Shown piece by piece: positions 13,701 through 24,719 of a DNA stretch of 64,000 nucleotides (positions within the stretch are counted from its first letter, which is position 1; each line of letters starts with the position of its first letter). The stretch is from Bispira polyomma. Lineage: Eukaryota. Below the pieces are notes generated by a model. The model did not search any database, had not been told where the DNA came from, and saw only the letters and a list, made by a program, of their open reading frames with translations. The stretch is from positions 7,316,001-7,380,000 of the forward strand of contig OZ287756.1 of NCBI GenBank assembly GCA_965649765.1. The letters run 5' to 3'. The translations under genes were made by a program, and so were the position numbers.

Positions 13701-16120
13701 AATATTACTGTTGTGATCAACATTATCTTATGTCTATTACTGAGAGCTTACATTTCATACCATAATCTAAAATAAAATATTGATACCTTTACCCACCATA
13801 TTTTTTACTTAATTTTAGTTGAATGTTGTTGAATTTGTTTATTGTTGTTAACCTACGGCTGTTCCTGGAATATACTGTGATGAGACAGTGCCATAGTTTT
13901 CCTGGTATTGTGCTATTAGTACTTGTTGGTTCCTTAAGTGGAAATTTAATAGAAATAATATAAGGAAACCTTTTAAAATGTTAAGGTTACCTCTTGTACA
14001 TACATAACTGTGGCAAATTTGAAGTAGGGTATTTCCCAGATGAAGATTTTAATCAGGCACGGCCTGATGTTGTTTTCATTCTGAAAAGGGGACCGCCATA
14101 TTTGAAAATATGTAAGGCCTTTATGGATTGGATGGAAGCAATCGACCCGGCCAAACTGTGGATTGTTAAATTTATTATTACTAGGCGCAGCCTGTGGCCT
14201 AAGTATATGTTGGCCATGTCAATGTTACTGTATTTCACACTGTACGCCTGTGTCATTTTAAATGCAACTCTTGTTTCCCATAATGCATAATGTGTATGTA
14301 GCTTATACAAATAATTTAATGATCTTTTTTCTGACGTCAGTCAAATAACAGATACAGTGCCCCCCCTGAAGTTGAAAGACATTGTAAGACCTTAAAAAGA
14401 AAAGAGGTGATTGAAAATTTTAATTTTATTTCTATGTTAGACAGCTAATATGCTATATATTATATGCTATTTATAGTTAAAAGTAAAGTAAGGTCCCTTA
14501 ATGTGAGTGTAGATTAGGAAAACTGTAAGAATTAACTTGATACAAGTTAAGGTAGCCTTAACCAGGCCAATTAGGAAAGGTGCAGGTTTGTAAATTAACT
14601 TGTTGGCCCCTTCAAGTTTTAAACATATATGAAAAGCTTTTGGTAACAGTGGCATGTTTGTTATGTAGGTTAGCTATGTGTATTGTTACTAATATTTCTA
14701 ATTTTAAAGTTAAATAACAATTTATTCTGCCAATTTCATTCAAAAACAAGCAAAAAATATACATTGATGTCACCCAACATTTTCTACTAATCTTTTACTA
14801 CACCTACATGCCACATTCACAGTAATGGAAGGGTTGAAGTTGCACGTTTCTAGTGAAACTCCAGACATACAGATACACACAGATTTTATTTATCCCCTTG
14901 GACTCACACCCATTTAACTGTAAGCGGAGAATGTAGATTTTCACAAGTCAATATCAAATTGTGAATATCATTCTGGTGTGTGTTGGAATTGATATATTTA
15001 ATGCCCACACTTAATGTCTATTGAAGATATCCCATACCCAATTGTGTAAACATGTTCATCTATTATTCTAAATAAAGTTATTGATTAAGTTTTGTATTGT
15101 CTAACTATTTGTAATTTGCCTTCCCACTTATGGAATTAATATTTTAGTTAAAGTTCAGATGTGGCTGATACGCTATAGCATCATATTCAGTGTTTTACAG
15201 GAATCATGTTTACACATTCAATCAATTGTAGTCTGATAAGTCTGAGGTGGCAGTTGAGTGATCTTGTCGCTCCTAAAGTGAGAAAAATGAACTGAAACTA
15301 TATATCCACAAAACAAGAGTCTTTAATTGGGGAAGCTGGCTTATTTAATTGCACAAAACCTTAGAAGGATGATATTGGTTTAACAATAAACTATATTTAA
15401 TACCTAATATGTATTGTGGATTATAAATAGTAATCGAAATTTGTATCTATTTCTTGAACTGTGTATTGATGAAAACAAGAGCCCTTAATTGATATAGATA
15501 TCTTGTGCATGAGAATGAAAGCTTAAATGAACACAATTTCTTCAGAAATATTATATTTGTAAAAAAAAACATAATATGGATATTAATATTAAATTACTTT
15601 TGTGGAAAGTCATTGGGGTATCTAAAGATTACTTTCATCAGACAGATTGTTTTTAACATAATATTACAAATGGCTATAGATTAATTTTGTTTAGACAGTA
15701 AAAATTAGGAGATATTATTTTAGTTCTATCAATGTTTTAGTGCATTCAAGAAAAGGAATTATTTGCACTTATGATAGGAAAATTGGAGGAGTTGTTAATA
15801 TATTAAGAGTTAGTTAGTAATGTACCTAACCTCATATCAGATATCAGTGTAAAAGCACATTTTATTGATTTTAGAAGTCAAAAATTCTAATCTGTATATT
15901 TATGATCCTTTGTATTTACCAGTTCTTATACAGTATATACTTAATTAATATTGAAGTCACAACTAATTAACTTAACTTGATTTTTAAATAGTATATTCCA
16001 AAGTTTAAGACTATCCATATCGAGGACAATTAATCTATATATTAGTCAACCCTATTGCAGAACAATGAAATAATATTACAATACCTAATATTATACATCC
16101 ACAAGTATGTTTAATATGTA

Positions 16121-16125
<5 letters not shown>

Positions 16126-16158
<33 letters not shown>
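16126..16158. repeat. (TA)n microsatellite
   Basis: Direct reading. Confidence 0.95.
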
Positions 16159-16162
<4 letters not shown>

Positions 16163-16631
16163 AATTTTTGGATTTTTTTTGAAAAAACTAATTCTCCTCT
16201 AGTATTTATTAAAGACATATATGTTCACCTGAAGTATAAAAAAATCGTTAAAATGAAAAGCTTGAAAAGCTACTACTGCTTTAGTTTTACCGACTTATCT
16301 CACTTAATATAGACAGTTCAGATTCCAGAACACACTTGAGTCTGGCAAAATCAGCAATTGTGTGTACTAAAAAAAATGTGGTAATGCTTTGCAGTTTAGC
16401 AGAATGAATTTTTAAACAGGATATATTATCTAAACCTGCACTGTGAAACTCTTAAGGTACATGCATAATGAAGCGGAATCACAAATTGTTGCTTTACTTG
16501 TGAGAGATACATATAAACCCCGACCAAGATGTTTCTGCTAAATACGTTTGTTATTTTATTTGCTGAGCTTTCAGATACATCATTAAATGGCTCAATTTTT
16601 ATTAGAATTCATATCCCAGAAAAAGCTATAT

Positions 16632-16965
16632 TGTTGTGAAGTCGTCGTCTTCCTAGCCGTGGATCTGCCGCAAACGAGGCTGGTTATAAAGTCGTCGTTC
16701 GCCTAGCCGTAAAACTGCCGCGAACGAGACCGGAAGTGATATCCCGAGAGCGACAGTTACCGTGGACATTTTGAATACAGACAGTTGTATACTGGGACAA
16801 CAAATAAACATTATGAACAGTTTATCGGTGTCATAAAGTGACACGAACATTGTGTGAACCTCACCTGTGACAGTCGTGACATATAGTGGCACAGACACTG
16901 TGGACTACAGCTGTCTTAAGGAGACAGTCATCACAGACAGTTACAGGTAGGCAGCAATCACAATA
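16632..16965 (+). repeat. 5' LTR
   Basis: TGTTGTGA...TCACAATA. About 9 differences from the 3' LTR by eye. Internal ~50-bp direct repeat (AAGTCGTCGT...GCCTAGCCGT) and AATAAA at 16803. Confidence 0.95.
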
Positions 16966-16966
16966 T

Positions 16967-16975
16967 TGGTACCAG
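16967..16975 (+). promoter_or_regulatory. Primer-binding site (TGGTACCAG; possibly tRNA-Leu(TAA))
   Basis: TGG starts 1 nt after the 5' LTR. Only about 9 nt match a tRNA 3' end (...CTGGTACCA), so the tRNA identity is tentative. Confidence 0.6.
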
Positions 16976-18001
16976 TTGTTTGTGAATGTACCCACGTGAG
17001 TATTAGTATTAGCTGTCATTGTTTGCAATTGCAAGTATTTTAAGGTGCAATTCAGTTTAAAATTACTTGCGTATAGTTTATTGTTATTTGGAACTGTATT
17101 TGAATTATGATTCAAATAATTTACTGGCAGTTCATGTAGCGGTAATTTTGAATGGTAATTACCGTGATTTGGTGCATAGCAACTGTGACTAGGCTATAAT
17201 TAGACTTATTGACAGTATTTTTATTGCAGTCTATTATAAATTATTTGCAAGTAGTACAACTTGTATAGCATTGTATTTCTTGATTATATATTAAATTTAG
17301 TGGTATATATATATACATAGTAAATTTTGAGATTCTTGTTATTTTATTTTTTTTACTTTTATTTTTTTTTTTTTTTATTTTATGTAAAGTTAAATTTTCT
17401 TGAATAAAACTAGTTGTAAATAAATCAGTAAATTTGAGGAAATATTGAGATATTACATATTTATTGCATATGAATATTTGAAATACTAATATAATTAAGT
17501 AATCCAGAATTTGTTTATGTTTTGCTAATTCAAATAAATTAAAGTACATTGGGAAAAGAAGTATCAATAAATATTGAAAATAATCATTTGGAAATTGTTG
17601 GTTTTTTTGTTTTTTTTTGTGTTTGTTCAGAAACAAATTTATCGTAAATTCTACAGTAATTCATAGAAAATTAGATTAGAAATATTAGCTTGTAGTGCAT
17701 TATACTTGTAGTTTGTATCGGCAATTTTTGGTATTGGACTTCATTGATACTTGTTTTTGGACTGCATGGTGATTGGTATTGATTACATTGATTGATATAT
17801 TTAATCAAGTGCTGTTGAAAGGATTCATTATTCTTTTTAACTAGTTGTAATTGTAGTCAAGTGTTAATGTTGTGCATTGCGATCTAAGTTTCACTTGTTT
17901 TAAACAGGTGTAGGTCAATTGCATGTTACAGAGCTTGTTTATTCAAGGCTGTTGATTTAAAATTGCTTAAAGGTGAATTTTAAAAACGAAAGAAACTTGA
18001 C

Positions 18002-20516
18002 ATGGCGGAAGCTGGGTGGAACATCAATACAGCAACTATGGCGGAGTTCATGGAGATTAATGATGTTGGTCCACGTAGAGCTGAACTGATTCTTGAACAC
18101 AGAGCGAAGTTTGGGGGATTCATGTCCCCGGAAGATTTTCAGACAGTGGAGCTACCAGAACATGTCAAGGAGAATATATTGGGTAGTGGTGTAGTGTTCT
18201 CTCCTTCAAAAGGGGAAATGGATGTGAAAGAGGAAGTAGTTGGACTTGATTTACTGTATGATCTAATGAAGCAAATGAATGGTGATATGCAAGATTTCAA
18301 AGGGGATATGAAATCTGTGAAAGAAGAGATCAAAGATCTGAAAGAATATGTGGTGCCAGGTTTGGAATTTCTCAAGGGAGATGTGGGCCAGTTGAGCAAA
18401 GAGGTCCAAGAAGTCAAGGAGGATGTCGGTGTGTGGAAGCTTAAAGTTGCCGGGATTGAAAAACAGGTACAAGAACAGGAAAAGAAAATATCTTCACTTC
18501 CTGTTGCATCAAAGGCAGGTGCTTCAAAAGGGGTTAATACTCTTTTTGATGAGAAACCATCACAGGAAAGGCAGAGAGATAGTATGGTTTCATTTCCTGT
18601 TGGGGCAACAAAACCTGCTGCTGAAGGAGTTAATCCTCTTTTAGGGGCGAAATCATTACAACGGAAACAGGAAGGACAAATGTTTACATTTCCTGTCGAG
18701 GCAACTAAATATGCTTCAAAGGGAGTTAATCCTCTTTTGAAGTATACTCTGGGAGGAGCCAGTACTCTTTCTGAGGAGAAATCTTTGCCGAAAGAAGAAC
18801 TGTTAAAGGTGGAAGCAGAAATAGGCGTAGAGGAATCCTATCAAAACTTCAGTGAAATCAATCGGCAAAAGAATGAATTTCAGCAAAGCCAAGCAAAGCG
18901 GGCAGTGGAAAACATCAATCACGGGTTACCAAAATGAAACAACAGTTTGATGTGGACTACCCATTGCCAGAACAGTATCCTGACGACAAGGATTTGGAAT
19001 GGACTGGTCTTGATCTTAATCTTTCACAAGTCGCAGGGGATTCCATATCATCACAGTTAACTGGGCCTCAGTCTGGGCATGCAGTAAAAGTAGTTTCAGG
19101 TGAGCCTGTAGGATCGAGTGAAAAGCCATTACCTGTTGAGAGAAAAGTGTCTGAGAGTTCTATACTTCCCAAGGATCCTGAAGACAGTGATATCAACCGC
19201 ATTGTGACCTGCATTGAGAATAAAATAGATTCCCGAAAATATACCGGTGGAAGCCGATCAGGTCATAAGAGAAATATCACTGGTAGTGAGAACAAGAAGA
19301 CAACCAGGCGTAGGAAGTTGCCATCGAAATCAACTCCCAAGTGTAATCTGGATAGTTCTTGTGATGGGTCTTTACAATTTTCTCACTCAGAAGGTGAATC
19401 CGTTGCAGCTGAGACATCCAGAGTGAGTAGAAGTTCCCATATCACCAGTACTCCTGCATCAGTAAAGAACAAGATGGAGATCCCTAAAATGTCTTTTTCC
19501 GGGGAATATTGGAGAGGTTTTATTGCGCAGTTTGAAGCTGTAGCTGACAAATTCAATTGGTCAGAAGCTGATAAGCTAGATACCTTTCCGATGGTTCTGA
19601 AGAAAGAAGCTCTGGAGTATTACAGCATACTGCCCAAGGAGAAGTTGAAATGCTTTAGTTGGTTGAAAACAAAGTTTGAGCACAACTTCAATAAAGTTGA
19701 ACTACCAACAACAGTCAGATGGCCATTACTCTCTGCAGAGCAACGTGAAGATAAAACGCTTGAGAAGTATTTGGCACAACTTGAGAAGATGATCCTGGAC
19801 ACGTATCCAAATATTCGGGACCAAGAATTCAATAATTCTATGTTTGTGGAAGTGTTTCTGAAAGGATGTTAGGACAAGGGAGCAGTTTTAGCAGTTTGTG
19901 ACAATAATCCACGGAATTTGGAGGAGGCTTATACTCTTGTCAAATCTGCATCTACTTATATCGGAGGACTATATTGGGGAAGAAGGGTGGAGGCAATGTG
20001 AAGAAACTTGAAATGGTATTACAGACAAGTTCTGATAGTGACAGTTCGGGGACTTGTTCTACAAGCAACGCCAAAGTGAGAAACTTGCAGTTTAAGAACA
20101 AGTCGGGTACCAAACCATCAGTGCCACATACAGAGCATCTGGATACTGTGGAGATTGGTCTAAAAAAGATGAAGAATTCAATAGCTGAAGTGTTAGCCTT
20201 GCTGACAAAATCAAATTCTTCAAATCCTAAAGGCATGGCCTGTTTTGAATGCGGCGACACATCACATTTAGTGAGGGATTGTCCGAAAAGAAGAAATCAA
20301 TCACCTCGCCATAGTCCTAGCAGAAGTGATGACAAAAACTGGCGCAGCAATACAAACACAGAGACCAATGTAGACCTTAGGCCATCTTACCAGAAGGCGA
20401 ACCAGGGGTTCAGATCTTTTTCACCTCTGCCACAGCAGAGAAGCGGTTCTCCCAGAGGTGTACAGAACAGTAAGTCCACAAGTCCTACAGGAAAATTTGA
20501 TTCTTTAAACAAGTAG
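18002..20516 (+). pseudogene. gag: gag: N-terminal helix-hairpin-helix, coiled coil, capsid-like region, CCHC zinc knuckle
   Basis: INTATMAEFMEINDVGPRRAELILEHRAKFGGF (HhH), heptad-like coiled coil, WRGFIAQFEAVADKFNWS capsid-like segment and CFECGDTSHLVRDC knuckle. Broken by a frameshift at ~18935, a TAG at 19870 and a frameshift at ~19955. Confidence 0.9.
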
Positions 20517-20545
20517 GTCAGGGCGGGTTGAATCACCTGCCTTTA
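20504..20545 (+). promoter_or_regulatory. -1 ribosomal frameshift signal (T TTA AAC plus hairpin) at the gag-pol junction
   Basis: The heptamer is in the gag frame just before the gag stop, and the -1 frame is the pol frame. A stem GGCGGGT-TGAATC-ACCTGCC follows. Confidence 0.75.
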
Positions 20546-23500
20546 CCTAATAAGACTGCACGGAAGAAAACTGTTCGATTTGCAGACGGGTCACCTTACC
20601 TGTCTGGTTATAGTGAAATTATTGGCAACTAATCCCAAGAGAGCTCCAGACATTCAAGGGTAGTCAAATTACCTATAGAAAATGAGTCTTTAAGTGCCAT
20701 AGTAAATTGTACAGTAAATGAATGTCACACCGTGGCCTTATTAGACACTGGGTCTGAGGTGACTGTTATAAACTTTGATTTGTATGATAAGCTTGCAGAG
20801 AAACCAAAGTTAACTAAAAAGGTTATATTACAGGGTATTAGCATGGATATGAGTGCTGAGGCATGGTTGATTCAGGGGATTGTAATTTCTTTTGACAAAA
20901 AACATTCATATGTCTGGGATTTGTTTGTAGCATCTATAAAAGATACCATCATTATAGGTATGGATTTCATGTGTCATTTCGGGGCAAAATTGAACTTTAT
21001 AGATTATACCTTTACTTTAAAAGAAGAGGTGTTAGAGTTTAATCATATAAAATCTAAGTCAAATGGTATTTATGAAACTTGTCGCTTGTTCCTTGATAAA
21101 AAAATAAGGGTACCACCAAACAGTGTAGTAAGAACTATGGCAAAAACTTCTCTGACATCCCAGAATGACTTTATAGTTGAATCAACTGGAAACAACAAGG
21201 GTTTACTGATGCCATATACATTATGTAAGGGAAATAAACAAGTTCCTGTGCAACTTGTGAATGATACTGACAGTAGTATTAACTTAAAACCGACTCATAT
21301 TTTAGGGTATGCTGTTGAGTGTGATTTTATATCCGGGAATGGGGATCAGCAGTTTCAAGTGAAAAGTATAGCTATGGATATTCTAGAAGTTTGTCAGGAA
21401 CCAGAACATTTAACAGGACTGTTAGAAAGATCAAAAGTTAAGCTGGATGAAATGCAAGTTCAGAGATTAGGAGCCTTATTGATCGACTTCCAAGATATAT
21501 TCTCACATGGGAGCAGTGATCTCGGTTGTTTTGCAGAGATAAAACACTGCATTGATACCGGTAATGAACGTCCAGTGAAGCAACCAATGCGCAGATTTGA
21601 GGGGGAGGAAGAGGAGAATCTTAAGCTCATGCTGGATGTTGGTGTTATATCGGAGTCTTCCTCTGATTGGGCATCAGCTCCAGTGCTAGTTCGGAAGAAG
21701 GATGGAAGTGTGAGGTACTGTGTGGACTACAGATCGCTTAACTCAAAAACTGTTAAAGATTTGTTTCCATTACCTTCCATATCTCAGTGTCTTGATCAGC
21801 TGTCTGGAAACATGTATTTTTTTACATTAGATATGGCCAGTGGTTATTGGCAAATTGAGATAGATCCTAAGGACCGGCACAAAACAGCATTCATAACGAA
21901 GTTCGGATTGTTTGAACATCAAAGAATGGCATTCGGACTTTGTAATGCTCCTGCAACCTTCCAAAGAGTAATACAATTTGTTCTGCGTGGTCTCACATGG
22001 AATAAGCTGCTGTCGTACCTTGATGATGTTATAATTTTAGGGAAGGATTTTGAGGAACATATGAATAATCTACGAACAACTCTCGCTAGGTTCAGAAAAT
22101 ACAATTTGAAATTGAAGCCAAAAAAGTGTTCTTTGTTTCAAACGGAGACTTTGTTCCTAGGTAGGATAGTAAGTTCTGCAGGTGTAGCAGTAAATCCTGA
22201 AAATATTGACAAAGTATAAAAGTGGCCAATACCTAAGTCTGTAAAGGACATGGAAAAATTCTTAGGATTTGTTAACTACCACAGAGAACATATTAAGGAT
22301 TATTCCAAGTTAACATCTGTGTTGTATAAACTGACAGGCTCAAAGGCTAATTTCTTGTGGGAGAAAGAACATCAGTTAGCTTTTGAAACTATAAAACAGC
22401 TATTGACATCAGCTCCTTTATTAACCTATCCAAATTCGGAAGATCCATTTGTACTAGATACAGATGCCTCTGAGTTTGCTATCGGAGCAGTATTGTCACA
22501 AGTGCAGGAGGGAGTAGAGAAAGTGATCTGTTATGGTAGTTATGTGTTATCTCCTGAGCAGAGGAGGTACTGCGTCACCAGGAAAGAGTTGTTGGCTGTT
22601 GTCAGATTTACTAGGCAATATAGACATTATCTGCTTGGTAGAAATTTTCTTGTGAGAACTGATCATAACAGTTTAACATGGTTATTGCGATTCAGGCACA
22701 TAGAAGGTCAGTTAGCTCGTTGGTTGGAGGAGTTAAGTCAATTCAGTATGACCATGATCCATCGACTAGGGGTTAAGCATGGAAACGCAGATGGAATGTC
22801 AAGGATACCAGATGATTATCTTTTCTGTGAATGTTATAAGGCAAAATTTGATCCATTATCATTGCCTTGTGGTGGTTGTAAATATTGCAGCAGAGCACAT
22901 AAACAGTGGTCCAGATTCAGTGAGGATGTTGATGATGTAGTGCCATTAGCAGTCAAGTCCATAACAGCAAAAGGTATCGTTGGAAGATCTGTTCCTTGGA
23001 TCCAGGGATATTCTCGTGATCAGCTGAAAGAAGCACAGCTATCTGATAATTCTCTGGGAAAATTGATCAGCTGGTTGACCTCCGGGAAAGAGTTAGAACA
23101 GAAGGAGTTATTTTTATGCAGTCCTGAAGTTAAACATTTTTATACCTGTAGAAAGCAGTTGGTGTACCAGGACGGATTGTTGTTTTACAGGTGGAGAGAA
23201 GAATTTGGTGATAGACTGTTATTAATGGTTCCAGAAAAACTGAAACAGGAAGTTATTTCCTACAATTGTGATTTACCATTAACTGGACATATGGGGGTGA
23301 CAAAAACCACAATTAGGGTTAAGCAATCATTTATGTGGTATGGGATCACCAAGGACATTGAAATATATGTGAAATCTTGTCCGGTATGTAACAAAAACAA
23401 AAAGGCTAACATAAAGGCCAAAGCAGCTTTAGGATGGTACCATGCTGGATTTCCATTGGAGAGAGTACATGTGGATATTCTAGGACCATTTACTCCAAGT

Positions 23501-24607
23501 GCAAATGGTAATCAGTATGTCTTAATGTTAGTGGATCAGTTTACCAAATGGCTTGAGTGTTATCCTTTGCCAAATCAAACAGCTGAGAGTGTTGCGAAAT
23601 GTGTTGTTGATGGTTTTATCTCAAGATTCGGGTGTCCCTTAGAAATACACACGGACCAGGGGAGGAATTTTGACGGGAAATTATTCACTTCTGTCTGTGA
23701 ACTACTGCAAATAGCTAAAACTAGAACTACTCCATATCATCCTTGCTCTAATGGTCAGGTAGAGAGATATAATCAGACGCTTCTGCAATTGATCCGGTGT
23801 TTTCTGCAGGATGGTCATCAGTCATGGGATCAGCATTTACAGCAATTAGCTGGGGCAATCCGGTCTACTGTGAATCGACAGACAGGGTTTACACCGAATC
23901 TAATGATGCTTGGTCGTGAAGTTCTGGCTCCCGTTGATTTAATGCTGGGAGAATTTGACAGGCTACAGGAGTCAACTCCAGTTGAATATGTGCATCAATT
24001 ACAAACTATTCTGCAAAAGGTGCATATGTTGGCTAGGGAAAAGTTGGAATCAACGCAGGAAAGACAGAAATGGGATTATGACTTGCATTTGAAGGTGAAC
24101 ACTTACGAACCAGGTGATGTGGTTTATCAGTTGGACTCAGCTAAAAAGATTGGACAAAGTAGTAAGCTACAACAGATTTGGAAGGGACCATTCCTCATTG
24201 TTGAGATGTTATCTCCAATCTTATTCAGGGTCGCCAATCGCAAGAAAACCTTTGTAATACATCATGACAGGTTAAAACCTTGTCGGGATCGGGTCATACC
24301 TCTGTGGTTAAGCCGAAAAAGAAGCAAATTGCTGGAAAATGGAAATCCTGATACAGAATCCGGTGAGGATATGGATAATCTAAATATTGATTGGCTGTAC
24401 TCAAATGAAATTCATGGTGATACCAAGCAGAATTCACAACCTCTAGAGAATGATGAACCGTCTGTACCTCTTACCTCAGAAACAACTATTTCAGAAGTAA
24501 CAACCCCGGCCGTGCTACCACCTCATGCATCTAAAGACTCATCTCGAGCTACTAGGACAGGAAGGGAGACAAGAAGACCAAAGTATCTGTCTGAGTATAC
24601 TACTTAA
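20510..24607 (+). pseudogene. pol: pol: aspartic protease, reverse transcriptase, RNase H, integrase (GPF motif)
   Basis: LLDTGS, YLDD, LDTDAS, GHMG..CPVC zinc finger, D-D-E core and WKGPF. One frame throughout with in-frame TAA at 20630 and 22217. Confidence 0.96.
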
Positions 24608-24719
24608 GATAGTTAAAGTTGGTTTGTTATCTTGCATGAATAGTCAAGGTTTGGTTGCAGAACTTACTAACTTTGAAGCCTGTCTGTATGAATAGTCAAT
24701 AATGTTTTTTATTCATTAG

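Noticed and set aside
16653-16898. Duplicated 81-aa minus-strand ORF (also 27503..27748)
   Set aside because: It is simply the two LTR copies, with a non-ATG start and no recognisable domain.
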